From assembly GCA_030390025.1 (NCBI GenBank), contig CM059441.1:21514001-21578000 (forward strand): a DNA stretch of 64,000 nucleotides, in the 5' to 3' direction. This document shows positions 50,101-61,153 of this stretch, piece after piece. Under the pieces are notes generated by a model. It had not been told where the DNA came from and made no database searches. It saw only the letters and a program-made list of their open reading frames with translations. Source of the DNA: Squalus acanthias. Taxonomy: Eukaryota. Each line of letters starts with the position of its first letter. Position 1 is the first letter of the stretch. A program made the position numbers and the translations under genes.

Positions 50101-53100
50101 ACAGAATATCTGGTCATTATCACATTGCTGTTTGTGGGAGCTTGCTGTGCGCAAATTGGCTGGCACGTTTCCTACATTAAACAGTACATTTAAATGTACT
50201 TCATTGGCTTTGGGACATCCTGAGGTCGTGAAAGGTGCTATATGAATGCAAGTCTTTCTTTCTTTAAACAAATAGCCAAGAATCAATTGAGAACCAGTCC
50301 GATTCTCTGTACCACAGCCTGGTTTACATTGTGCTCGGTGTGCTGGGGGCCCTTATTCTTGTGCTTGCTGTTCGTCTACTTTCCTACCTGATGCAAAACA
50401 ACAAGGGTGAGTTTCTATTTTTCTTTAATCATTTCATTATATGTCAATAATTTGCTGCAGAATTAAGGAGAACATAGTTCGTTGTAATCAACAAACACCT
50501 ATGATTGTAATATTCTGCACATTCTAGTCTAGATGTATTTGCTGGAGAAATAACCAATGTGTATTATCAAACTACCCTCCACTCACTGCATTTTTCTGAG
50601 AAATCATCCTGTTTTTATTGGGAGAAGTTGCTGTAGTTTTGGTCATGAGTTCTGTTTCCTCTAGTTTGTAGAGACTCTTTTTAAATAGACTCTGTAGACT
50701 GTTTGCTGTAGTGCACTGTTTAAATAGACTCTGCTGAGTAAATAAACTTTGTTTGCTTTACTGTTTGCTTATTAAATATATTTTGCTTGCTGTAAAATAA
50801 ACTAATCCCGCCGCACCTCCAACTCATTGGCTGATACAGTGCAACTCATTGGCTGATACAGTTATGTCAATAGACACCCTGATTTCTCCGTGTGATAAAA
50901 TGTTTTGCCTCCCACTGATGGCACAACAGATCAGGACCTCATTTTCAGGGTAGAATTAATCGGTCTTTGACTCGCAAAGCCCTAAATACACGGGAGGCTA
51001 ATTTACACCTTCACGTCTTGGGCGATAATCTGACAGAGCGCCTCGTAGAAATCAACGGGATGAAAATCGGGTTCTACAACAGGCAGGTGATCTGCTGCAT
51101 CAGACGGTGAGGGTGAAAGTTACCTCCATTCTTTCTGAATATTATGCATAATAACCAGAGCAGTTTTACGCTCTATGTAGGGAATCATGGGTGCAATGCA
51201 GATGAGGTTCACATGAATGTAGATCTATGTAAGGCTGTGTACGCTGAAACACATGCTCAGTTTGGACATTTTAAACATATTAATCGTTCCTGTTATAGCT
51301 TTCAACAGTAACATTGTAATTTTTCAGATACAAACTACATTATGAGTCATGGAGGAGAGAGCACTCTTAATGATAATCAGGTAAGGATATTAAGTATGAA
51401 TTCTCTGAGTAATGTTTGGAAATTTGCAAAACTGGATTACATAGAATTTACAGCACAGAAACAGGCCATTCGGCCCAACTGGTCTATGGAGGACACAAAT
51501 AAACTCCCAGAGATGTCGGGAACATAGGGTCTAATGAGAGGGAAGAACTGAATGAAATCAGTATTTGTAGGGAAATGGTGTTAGGGAAATTGACGGGATT
51601 GAAGGCCGATAAATCCCCAGGGCCTGATAATCTACATCCTAGGGTACTTAAGGAAGTGGCCCTAGAAATAGTAGATGCATTGCTGGTCATCTTCCAAAAT
51701 TCTATAGTCTCTGGAACAGTTCCCATGGATTGGAGGGTAGCTAATGTAACCCCACTATTTAAAAGAGGTGGGAGAGAGAAAACGGGGAATTATAGACCGG
51801 TAAGCCTGACATCGGTAGTGGGGAAAATGCTAGAGTCCATTATAAAAGATGTAATAGCAGAACACTTGGAAAACAGTGACAGGATCGGACAAAGTCAACA
51901 TGGATTTACAAAAGGTAAATCATGCTTGACTAATCTACTGGAATTTTTTGAGGATGTAACTGGTAGAATAGATAAGGGAGAACCAGTGGATGTGGTGTAT
52001 TTGGACTTTCAGAAGGCTTTCGATAAGGTACCGCATAAGAGATTAGCGTGCAAAGTAAAAGCACATGGGATTGGGGGTAAGGTACTGATTTGGATAGAGA
52101 ACTGGTTGGCAGACAGGAAGAAAAGAGTTGGAATAAACGGGTCTTTTTCCGAGTGGCAGGCAGTGACTAGTGGGGTACCGCAGGGATCGGTGCTAGGACC
52201 CCAGTTATTCACAATATATATTAATGATCTAGACGAGGGAACTAAATGTAATATCTCCAAGTTTGCAGACGACACAAAGCTGGGTGGGCATGTGTGTTGT
52301 GAGGAGGATGCAGAGCAACTCCAGTATGATTTGGACAGGTTGGGTGATTGGGTGCCAGCATTTATGCTCCACACGAGCTTCCCACAAACCCATTTTCATC
52401 TAACCCTATCAGCATATCCTTCTATTCCTTTCTCCATCATGTACATATCTAGCTTCCCCTTAAATGCGTCTACGCTATTCACCTCAACTACTCCTTGGAT
52501 TGGCTACAATCTTTAATATCATTACTGATGGGCACAGAGGGAGGTTGGCCTTGGCTCTAATGCTAGAAATGAGCCTTTGTTAATTGTTTAACCCAGTCTT
52601 TGGATTTGTGATGACTTTTCTCAGTCTACATTTTCATATATTCCTGTGAAGTCCCAAGTACTAATGCAAAAACTGAAAAAACTCTTGAACAGGAAAAGGC
52701 CATCAGGAGCAACCAGCCCCTCTGCTCTGCTCTCTAAGGTCGACCTCACCTACCCACTTTCTCACTATATCTGTCAATGCTTTCCCGCTCCAAAATCTCT
52801 CTTAATGGCCCCAATTTTCCAGGGCCTCTGACCGCGTACGCTGCCGTTAGTGCCCCGCAAGTTTCTGCGTGCGATGCGCATGCGCCAAAACCTGGAACTT
52901 GCGATCTGTCAAGTTTCAGCTTGACAGATCATACGAATCCCCGGGAAATGGACATTCGCTGGCAGAGAGTTGGGCTATTTGCCCAGCGAATGCCCACGAA
53001 ACTTACGCCTGGTAAAAGCAGGCGTAGGGCTTTCTTTTTCCAGCGTAAGGGTTTAAAGAAATATTAAAATAAATGTTTTTTAAATCATTTAAACTTTAAA

Positions 53101-55982
53101 AAACCTTTAAAATTAGTTCAGGTTCTTTTGGACACTTTAAAAATATTTTTCAAAAAATTAAATTTTAGTTTTAAATGTTTAATTACGTTGTATTTTAATT
53201 AATTTTGATCATGTAATTATTTATTTTTATTTAAGTTGTGTGAAATTTGTGATTTTTATGTGATTCCTATTAAGCTTATGGGGATTCTGTACGCAAATGG
53301 AATCTCCATAAGCATAATGAGGATCCCCCTTTCTCATTGGTTGGGCCGGCCCACGTGATCGCAGGGACGCTTGTGAACCGCATTCGCTCCTGGGATACGT
53401 GGGCCTTTATGCAGGCGTACGCCTGCAGGCCCAGGAGCGCGAGTCTTCATAGGTACCGGACCATCAGGTAGGTTCGCACTTTATTGCAGTTCGGAGGCAT
53501 TCGCTCACTGGAAGCTTCCAACTGCAAATTCAGGCCCATTGTCTCTTAAATCTATTCATCAATAGTCTTTCCTTGTAATATTTTACACAGCTCTATTGAG
53601 TGCAGAAAGTTTGACCTGACTTACTGCCTTAATTTCAATTTGACATCCCAAGTATTTGAACCTTTTGCTGCAGTGAATAATTTGACTGGGTCAATTTTAT
53701 TCATTAACTTCATAATCTTAAAAATCTCAATTTCATCACCTGTCTCTCCTCATGTCCAAAGACTGTACTATACCAGTGAGGACGTTACAAATTTCAGGTC
53801 TGCCACAGATATTCTCTCATGTTAGCATCACCAGTCTCTCCCATAAGTGGAACCACATACCTTACAATCTGGAATTTACTGTGGCTAGATGTACGACAAC
53901 ATAACAATGAGATCCGCCCATTATATGAACTGGATGTTGTCATCCTTCACTTGGGCTTCTCCAGTCTTCTGCTAGGTGGACTGATTGACCTCATCACCCC
54001 GTAGAGTCAACATAAAATCAAGACAGTGGTTTATGCACAGAGCTGAACAAAGTCGCATTTCCAGACTTGAACTTCATCTATAATGATGCGGAGATGCCAG
54101 TGTTGGACTGGGGTGGACAAAAGTGAGAAGTCGCACAACACCAGGTTATAGTCCAACAGTTTTATTTGAAATCACAAGCTTTCGGAGCGCTGCTCCTTCG
54201 TCACCTGACGAAGGAGCAGCGCTCCGAAAGCTTGTGATTTCAAATAAAGCTGTTGGACTATAACCTGGTGTTGTGCGACTTCTCACTTTCATCTATAATG
54301 CTTCACATAACCTACAAAACAACAGACACACTGCGCTATCCCAAACAGGGGGCTAAATGCTCAGTTTTGTTTCCCTTTGTGAGACAAACAGCACAGCACC
54401 TAGACTGTTGAGAACTTTGTGACCCAGGAGGGTGAAGCCTCAAAGTTTTAAAATATTTTTACACTAGTGACCCTCTATTGGCATTGCCCAAAGTACTTCA
54501 AGAGCAGGGCTCTGGTCAAATGTGGCCTGGAACATGACAGCCCAATGTTGACAGTGGTAAATAAGGAATTCCCAAATGTTGTCTTGGAATGATGATATAA
54601 AAGCATTACTCAAAAATTGTAAAACTGGAAATTAGGTTTTTGGGCCAGGAAGTTGCACGTGCATTATTTTAACATCTTAACCTCCTCCAGTTCTACAACT
54701 CTCCAAGAACTCTGCGTTCCTCCAACTCTGGCATTCTGCATCCCCCACTCCCTTAACCCCACCATTGGTGGATTTGACTTCAGACACCTCGGCCCTAAGC
54801 TCGGGAATTCTCTCCCTAAACCTCTCCGCTGCGCTCTCCTCCTTTAAGACGCTCGTCAAAATCTTTTTGCCTTAAAACCTTAAAAGCTTTTGGTCAACTG
54901 CCCTAATGTCTCCTTCTTTGGCTTGGTTTCAACTTTTAACTGATTACGCTCCTGTGAAGCTCCATGGGACGTTTTACTACATTGAAGGTGCTACATGAAT
55001 GCACATTGTTGTTGTTGTAAATATTGATGTCGTTAATAGATGCAGTTCGGATCACTGCTACTTCACCTATGAGATGGTAATATGTAAGGTGTTATCATAC
55101 GCTCTTGGAAAATTAAAAACTTATGGAAAGAGTGAACAGGCTGGGGCTCTTTTCTGAAAATAGAAAACTGAGGGGTGACCTGATAGAGGTCTTCACGATT
55201 ATGATAGGGTTTGATAGTGTCGACGTAGAGAAGATGTTTCCACTTGCGGACGAGACCAGAACTATGGGCCATAAATATAAGATAGTCACTAATAAATCCA
55301 ATAGGGAATTCAGGAGAAACTTCTTTACCCAGAGAGTAGTCAGAATGTGGAACTTGTTACCACAGGGAGTAGTTGAGGTGAGAAGCATAAATGTATTCAA
55401 GGGGAAGCTGGATAAGCACCTGAGGGAGAAAAGAATAGAAGGATATGTTGATGGGGTTAGATGAAGAGGGGTGAAAGGAAGCTCGTGTGGAGCATAAACA
55501 CCGACATGGACCCGTTGGGCCTGAGCTGTAAATAATTTGTAATAATTTGTAGTACTTTGTAAGCCGATTTGTAATAATCTAGAAATAGATTTCTCCTCTT
55601 AACTGCACAAATCACCATTCAACTTAATCAGAAATAAATTGGACCTTGTATTATTTTATTTTAGCAATTGGCAGCAGCAGCAGGGAGCACTTTATACGCA
55701 AGTGTAAAGCACATTCGATGTAGCTCAGTAGAAACGCCCAGCGAGGGAACTGCCCAGTTGAGTAACGACGAAAATGAAATCACGTATGCAACAGTGCAGT
55801 TTCAAAAGAGATCGACAGCACGGAACGGTGAGGTGGCAAGGCACTCAGTTAACAACGAGGACAGTGTCATCTACAGTGGTATCAAGATTCAAAGCCAGCC
55901 CCCAAAGAACAATAGAGAACCTCCATCACTTGATACTCCACAGGACTCTGAAATGGCAATTTATGCTGACGCTAGATCTTAG
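32130..55982 (+). CDS. Spliced gene for a CD300/pIgR/MDIR-like Ig-superfamily receptor, V-C2-V-C2-stalk-TM-ITIM tail, 646 aa. Exons: 32130-32166, 35183-35506, 37916-38239, 38988-39296, 40825-41148, 48267-48387, 50276-50406, 51328-51380, 55665-55982
   Basis: All eight introns are GT-AG. Phases 1,1,1,1,1,2,1,0 join into one open frame of 1941 nt ending TAG. The domain order is that of a type I immune receptor. No transcript evidence is available. Confidence 0.85.
32361..34004 (-). mobile_element. Solo LTR, family B (1644 bp), antisense in intron 1
   Basis: TGTAGG...CCTTACA termini, perfect 4-bp TSD ATAT, AATAAA on - strand at ~32511. Confidence 0.85.
35183..35506 (+). CDS. Exon 2, Ig V domain 1 (CD300/pIgR/TREM-type)
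   Basis: [41 protein letters not shown], with the extra C-C' cysteine pair typical of CD300/pIgR V domains. Acceptor ctcctcAG (alternative tttcAG 6 nt downstream); donor G|gtacat. Confidence 0.92.
35763..36690. mobile_element. Harbinger remnants in intron 2 (MITE end plus transposase C-terminus on - strand)
   Basis: [22 protein letters not shown] plus acidic tract at 36370-36690. Confidence 0.65.
36917..37532. mobile_element. Harbinger-type MITE; a related element with the same right end lies at 39945-40365
   Basis: GGGGGGAATTTTAAC start; shared ...AAATGTCGGGACC end. Confidence 0.6.
37916..38239 (+). CDS. Exon 3, Ig C2-type domain 1
   Basis: [33 protein letters not shown]; acceptor ttcccacAG, donor G|gtaagt; phase 1-1. 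Confidence 0.92.
38338..38740 (-). mobile_element. tRNA-derived SINE with L2-type tail
   Basis: Reverse complement has an A box (GTGGCTCAGTGG), a B box (GGTTCGTAGTCC) and tail gtgaaaggtgctatataaatgca. Confidence 0.82.
38988..39296 (+). CDS. Exon 4, Ig V domain 2
   Basis: Paralog of exon 2 with intact EDTGWYSC; acceptor ttttcAG, donor G|gtacat; phase 1-1. Confidence 0.9.
40825..41148 (+). CDS. Exon 5, Ig C2-type domain 2
   Basis: 324-nt paralog of exon 3 with the same splice sites. Confidence 0.92.
41179..45600 (+). mobile_element. Near full-length CR1 LINE in intron 5: ORF1 (zinc finger + SGNH esterase) and ORF2 (APE endonuclease + RT), disrupted
   Basis: ORF1 CYCCEMW..CDKC, GDSIIRG, HVGTND, DGLHL. 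ORF2 [35 protein letters not shown]. Frameshifts and a 140-bp insertion. Confidence 0.93.
43391..43530. mobile_element. Penelope-type terminal fragment forming a perfect 102-bp palindrome (43429-43530)
   Basis: TSD ATATTTAAGGA; same family as 54086-54287; removing it restores CR1 ORF2 ([11 protein letters not shown]). Confidence 0.8.
45686..46175 (-). mobile_element. CR1 3' fragment
   Basis: [26 protein letters not shown]; tail at 45686. Confidence 0.85.
47400..47862 (+). mobile_element. tRNA-derived SINE
   Basis: A box gtggctcagttg, B box ggttcaaagcc, L2-type tail. Confidence 0.8.
48267..48387 (+). CDS. Exon 6, Ser/Thr-rich stalk [40 protein letters not shown]
   Basis: Acceptor ccttgtttcaatAG, donor AG|gtacaa. 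Phase 1 in and phase 2 out bridges exon 5 to the TM exon exactly. Mucin-like composition. Not in the ORF track. Confidence 0.8.
49818..50261 (+). mobile_element. tRNA-derived SINE immediately upstream of the TM exon acceptor
   Basis: A/B boxes, (TTTC)n tail, TSD CTTTAAACA (49809-49817 and 50262-50270). Confidence 0.88.
50276..50406 (+). CDS. Exon 7, transmembrane exon [44 protein letters not shown]
   Basis: Long hydrophobic segment; acceptor aaatAG, donor G|gtgagt; phase 2 in, phase 1 out. Confidence 0.87.
51328..51380 (+). CDS. Exon 8, short cytoplasmic exon [18 protein letters not shown]
   Basis: Acceptor tttttcAG, donor CAG|gtaagg; phase 1 in, phase 0 out, as required by exon 9. Confidence 0.78.
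51489..52350 (+). mobile_element. CR1 RT fragment embedded in an antisense CR1 3' end (51437-52496)
   Basis: ORF 51575..52516: [30 protein letters not shown]. Confidence 0.85.
52807..53537. mobile_element. Harbinger-type MITE with AT-rich core
   Basis: GGCCCCAATTTTC...CAAATTCAGGCCC termini. Confidence 0.65.
54086..54287. mobile_element. Penelope-type inverted terminal (pLTR) fragment, 84-bp arms
   Basis: Arms 54120-54203 and 54206-54289 with one mismatch; TSD TTCATCTATAATG (54073-54085 and 54288-54300). Confidence 0.82.
54201..54237 (+). ncRNA. Minimal type I hammerhead ribozyme motif
   Basis: Stem I UCAC/GUGA, core CUGACGA, extra A, stem II GGAGC-AGC-GCUCC, GAAA, palindromic AGCU stem III, then U. 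Matches the minimal hammerheads known from Penelope-like elements. Confidence 0.75.
54670..55020 (+). mobile_element. L2 LINE 3' fragment
   Basis: Homologous to 8690-8980; (tgt)n tail. Confidence 0.7.
55125..55545 (+). mobile_element. CR1 3' fragment
   Basis: [23 protein letters not shown]. Confidence 0.85.
55665..55982 (+). CDS. Exon 9, cytoplasmic tail with tyrosine motifs TLYASV (ITSM), ITYATV (ITIM), VIYSGI (ITIM-like), AIYADA
   Basis: Acceptor ttattttAG; same frame as ORF 55668..55982; stop TAG. Confidence 0.87.
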   Translation, partial: QLAAAAGSTLYASVKHIRCSSVETPSEGTAQLSNDENEITYATVQFQKRSTARNGEVARHSVNNEDSVIYSGIKIQSQPPKNNREPPSLDTPQDSEMAIYADARS

Positions 55983-56261
55983 GAAAACCTTTCATGTGGT
56001 ACATGTGTTGCTTATTGTTTTACTTTGCATTTCAGTTGCATTGAATTTCAGCTGCTATGAGCTGCCCACATACTTTGTCCAACGCATTCTGTAACTTCTG
56101 AGTTGCTCTCTCCAATTCCACTGCTCCTTCCAGTTTGGTATCATCAGCACACTGATGTAAATGAGAAATAGTAGCGGTCATAATACCGGGACTTGCAGCA
56201 CCCCACTTAGTACCCATTCCCCTCCCACACCTCTACCCCACCATAGCTCCTCTAAGGGGTT

Positions 56262-57205
56262 AGCTTTGGCTCAGCATCAAAATCTTGACTCTCAGACAGA
56301 AAGTCGTGGGTTCAAGCCCCCCTCCAGAGCTTGAGCCCATAATCCAGGCTGATACCGACAGTGCAGCATTCCCAGATGAGGGAGTGCTGCACTGTCGGAA
56401 CTGCCATCTTTTGGGTGAGACGTTAAACTGAGGCCCCTCCTGCCATCTCAGGTGGATGTAAAAGATCCCACAGAACTATTCAAAGAGTTCTTCCAGTGTC
56501 CTGGCCAATATTTATCCCTCAACCAACATCACTTAAACAGATTATTTGTTCATTCATCTAATTGCTGTTTGTGGGACCTTGCTGTACACAAATTGACGGC
56601 CGCATTTCCTTACATAATTACAGTGACTACATCTCAAAAATGCTTCATTGGCTGTGAAATACTTTGGGGTGTCCTGAGGTAACATAGAAACATAGAAGAT
56701 AGGAGCAGGAGTAGGCCATTCGGCCCCTCAAGCCTGCTCCGCCATTCAATGCGATCATGGCTGATCATCCAAATTCAGTACCCTGTCCCTGCTTTCTCCC
56801 CATATCCCTTGATCCCTTTAGCCTGAAGAAATATATCTAACTCCTTCTTGAATATATTTAATGAATTGGCCTCAACTACCTTCTGTGGTACAGAATTCCA
56901 CAGGTTCACCACTCTCACGGTGAAGAAATTCCTCCTCATCTCAGTCCTAAATGGCTTACCCCTTATCCTTAGACTGTGACCCCTGGTTCTGGACTCACCC
57001 GCCATCGGGAACAGCTTTCCTGCATCTAGTCTGTCTAGTCCTGTTAGAATTTTATAAGTTTCAATGAGATCCCCTCTCATTCTTCTAAACTCTAGCGAAT
57101 ACAAGCCAAATCGACCCAATCTCTCTTCATACGCCATTCCTGCCATCCCAGGTATCAGTCTGGTTATGAAAGGTGCTGTATAAATTGCAAGTTCTTTTTT
57201 TCTCT
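56262..57205 (+). mobile_element. tRNA-derived SINE split by an antisense CR1 3' fragment (56681-57162)
   Basis: SINE head at 56262; SINE tail resumes at ~57163 (ggttatgaaaggtgctg); CR1 ORF 56775..57146. Confidence 0.8.
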
Positions 57206-57584
57206 TTTCTAATGAGCATTAGTTTCTTGGTACCATTCAGACAGTTTCTTATCCATTCCCAGGGTTCACCCTGAATACCCAGAGCTTTGGGTCTAACTAA
57301 TAGCTTTCATGAGGGACATTGTCAAATGCCTTTTGAAAATCATAGGGCTTTCTAGATTCCACTGGAGATGTTACTTCCTCAAAGAAGTCAAGAAGGTTGG
57401 TCAGGCGATACCTTCCCCTTCCGAATCGATGTTACGCTTTACTAGGTTATCATTCTGCAGATACTTCTCGAGTTTACTCTCAACAATAAGTTCCACTATT
57501 TGCAATGAATGGAAGTGAGACTAATGGATCTGTAGCTGCCTGTGTCGGTTTTATTAGTGGGGAGCCAGTGGAGCAGCTTCTGAA

Positions 57585-58799
57585 AGGCCACACTCAACCT
57601 TATCCTGCTGTGCCTCTCATCACATCCCTATCACTCTGCCTTCCCTACTCCTGCACGTCCTTACTCACACCAACTTACCTTGCACCTCCACCCATCCCTC
57701 TCTATCGAGATTATCACATCCCCGTCTCACTTGCCACCCCTCACACTGAATCATACCAACTAATAACACACTGGGTAGGCACTTGGGTGTTTTATCCAAT
57801 GTTCATGTAAAGTTTCTGTTAATGTGCTGTCAAACATTAAAACCTTTATTTTCAATACTGTGCGTTCTTGGGCAGATTTGTGTGCACCTTTGGAAGTGGC
57901 TTAGCGAGTTGCAGTGAATGGTGAGACATAACGGTACCCCCCGCAATGGTGGTGGGTGTGAAAGGAATGGCTTGGACATTGTAGGGATGCTTTATGGTGT
58001 TGGTGTGGGGTGGTGCCAACCTGGCGTATCATGTGGCAGCCAAGGTGTACAGCGTCAAGTGAAGTGAATGTGGCCATGGTAAAGCCATCCCTGGCCTCCC
58101 GGGCAGCAATGTGCTCGGGTGCTGATGCCCTCTGTCCTGTGCCGCAACAGGTGATTGCGGAGAAGGTTGGTGTTGTTGTTGGTGCCGCTGGTGTGCCTGG
58201 TTCTGCTGTTGTTGGGGCTGATCATGGTCAGGTTCTGAGGACCAAGGTGAAACAGTATAAACGGTACCCATGCTAATGGAATACATGGCATGTGAAGTTG
58301 AGATGACAGAAGCAAGCTGTCAATGGTGAGAGAGGTTGGTCCAGTGAGATGACACTGGATAGAGAGTTTACTCCAAACATTTTCAGCCTACATAAAGCTC
58401 AATCTGTGTTCCAAATGGAGTAAGCAACAGCTGCTGAGCTTGGAAAGTGAGCAGTTGTGAGGTGGGAGCTTTTATAGCACATTTCATTCAATGACCATTC
58501 AATTCCCGCCTCAGCTTATCAGACATGATGCCTGAGCAGCGTGGACCCCATGGGAGAACAGTTACAGAGAAAAGGTAAGGGTAAATGCATTATTAATGAT
58601 CTTTCAACAAGGCAATAATCAGCTTAATTGGGTTTCCTGCCGCCGCATGTCGGGTCTACTCAGTGCTGACAGGCCCGACATTGGGAAAGGCGCGTGGCAG
58701 TGGGTTGACAGTGGGGTGCTGACCCAATAGAAAAAAAAACACTTTTCCACCCGATCCGCCACCGATCCCACCCGATGACCCCCCGGAATATTCCGCCCC
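57585..58799. mobile_element. Degenerate Harbinger right half
   Basis: Matches 13290-13573; Q-rich minus-strand remnant; ends gaatattccgcccc. Confidence 0.55.
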
Positions 58800-60795
58800 T
58801 AGAGACAGAAAATATAATTTAAAATTCTGCATAGATTCCAAAAGGCTAAATCATGCTTAACTAACCTGATAGACTTCTTTGAAAAGGTAACAGAGAGAGT
58901 AGAAAAGGGTAATGTAGTAGATGTCATATACATAGATTTAAAAAAAACCTTTGATAAGGTACCACACAGTAGGCTCATGACAAAGGTTAGGGCATGTGGA
59001 GTCTGGGGACAAATAGCCGAATGGATAGTAAATTGGCAAAAAATATAAAACAGTAGTTATTCAGATGGAGGAAAGCAGTGTTCCACAAGGATCAGTGCTG
59101 GGACCACTGTTATTCATAATTTACATTAATGATTTGGACTTAGGAATAAGTAACTCAATATCAAAATTTGGAGATGATACCAAACTGGGGGATATAGCTA
59201 ACACTGAGGAAGAATTCAACATAATACAAGACATTAGAAAACTTGCAGACTGGGCAGTTAAGTGGCAAATGAACTTCAACATAGATAAATATGAGGTGAT
59301 GCACTTTGGTACGAAAAACAGAAACATCACCTACACCTTAGAGAATAAGGGGTAAAAATTGGTTAGGGCCCCAAATGGGGCGCTCCCTTCGCTTATTTTA
59401 GCGCCCCAAAAAAGTTAGCGCCCCTGCGGCCGATTTTCCCAGGTAGCGCCCCGAGAAGGAGGAGGGGCGCTACTGAAAGCACCCCACGTCCCTCTTGGGC
59501 CGCTGCGAGCCAATATTGCGGCACTACGTGCCACAGCGCATATCACGCCACGGTACTGCAGGCCTTCCTCACCTTATTAAAGGGGAGGGGCCTGGCGCAG
59601 CGCGTCCCGGTGCCCAGCCGGGTCACCAGGGATCGGGAGTGCCGGTAAACGAGCCCGGCACTCAAGAGGAGTGCCGGGCTCATGGAGAGCAACCAGCACC
59701 CTGCAGGGGGGGCTGGGGACAGCAACGGGGGCAGGTGCTGGCAGGCGACCAGCAACAAAAGTGGCTGCCCGCCACCTCCCCTTTAACTAGCGCCGCCCCA
59801 GCTGCAGCTAGTCCCCCCTGACCCCGGCGGACATAGCGTCCGGCGGTAAGTCGGGGGGGGGGGGCGCCACCCAATATTACAGCCGGGGCGCTGCGCACGG
59901 CAATGACGTCATCGGCGGTGACGCAGCGCCGCTAATGGTTAGCGCCGCCGCTAACCTCCCGCTGAATTTTGCGGGAGGCGTTAGCGGCGCTGCGCCCAGG
60001 CGCTAGTTGATTTGCGCCCCGTTAGAGCCCTCTTAGGGTGTTAACGGGAGGCAGCCATCAACCGAATTTAGCCCCCTAAGAATCTGAATGGGGTAGAAGA
60101 GCAAAGGGATCTAGGGATACAGGTGCACAAATCATTAAAAAAGCAGCATCGCAGGTCAGCAAAGCAATTCAAAATGCTAACAAAGCACTGGGATTTATTT
60201 CTAAGTGTATAGAATTCAAAAGTAGTGAAGTTATGTTAAACTTGTATAGGACCCTGGTCAGGCCACACTTAGAGAACTGTGCACAACTCTGTTCACCATC
60301 CTATAAAAAGGACATAGAAACACTGGAGAAAGTACAAGGATGGTACCAGAACTGGTAGTTTACAGCTATGGGGAAAGATTGAACAGGTTGGGACTTTTAT
60401 CTTTAGAAAAGAGAAGACTTGGAGGACACCTGATAGAGGTCTTTAAAATTATGAATGGGTTGGACAGCGTAGATGTGGAGAAAATGTTTCCACTTGTGGG
60501 AGAATCCAAAACTAGGGGCCATACATACAAGATAGCTATTAATAAATCTAATCGGGAAATAAGGAGTGGTTAGAATGTGGGACTCGCTACTACCGGAAGT
60601 GGTTGAGGCAAATAGCTTAGATGCTTTCAAAAGGAAACTAGATGAGTATATGAGAGAAAAGGGAATAGAAAGATTTGCTGAAAGGCTGAGATGAGGTTGC
60701 TAGAATAGGAGGAGACTCGTGTGGAGTATAAACACCAGCAGACTGGTTGGGCCGAATGGCCTGTTTCTGAGCTGTATGTTCCACGTAATTCTATC
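58800..60795 (+). mobile_element. Old CR1 RT fragment interrupted by a Harbinger MITE (59349-60076, TSD TAA)
   Basis: [26 protein letters not shown]; MITE termini GGGGTAAAAATTGG..CGAATTTAGCCCC. Confidence 0.82.
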
Positions 60796-61153
60796 TAAGT
60801 TCTTGCCATTGTATTTAAATGAGTGCAGCTTTATTCATTGCAGTTGGAAAGTTCTTTTTTCAAATAGATGCAGCTTCCTTCAGTCTTAAATTCCCACGGA
60901 ACCATTTTGAATGTATGTACAATTGTAGTATTTACACATTAAAAATTGAAAGTGATATTTTACTGTGATATCAATTTATTCACTAGTGTTTATACAAAGC
61001 ATGTTATACTCTAATTTTTACAAACATAAATAAAATGCAGTAATAAAAATATGCGCAACCATAACTGCGTCAATACAAATATCATTTGAACAAATGTAAC
61101 ACTAAAACATTTCTCATACGATTTGTATAGTAACTGATAGGATTTCTTCCTAT

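Noticed and set aside
54171-54206. Second hammerhead on the minus strand
   Set aside because: The core reads GUGACGA rather than CUGACGA, and stem I is cut off at the inversion point.
61020-61055. AATAAA pair as the receptor poly(A) site
   Set aside because: About 5 kb past the stop, across many TEs, in AT-rich sequence. Cannot be supported without 3'-end data.
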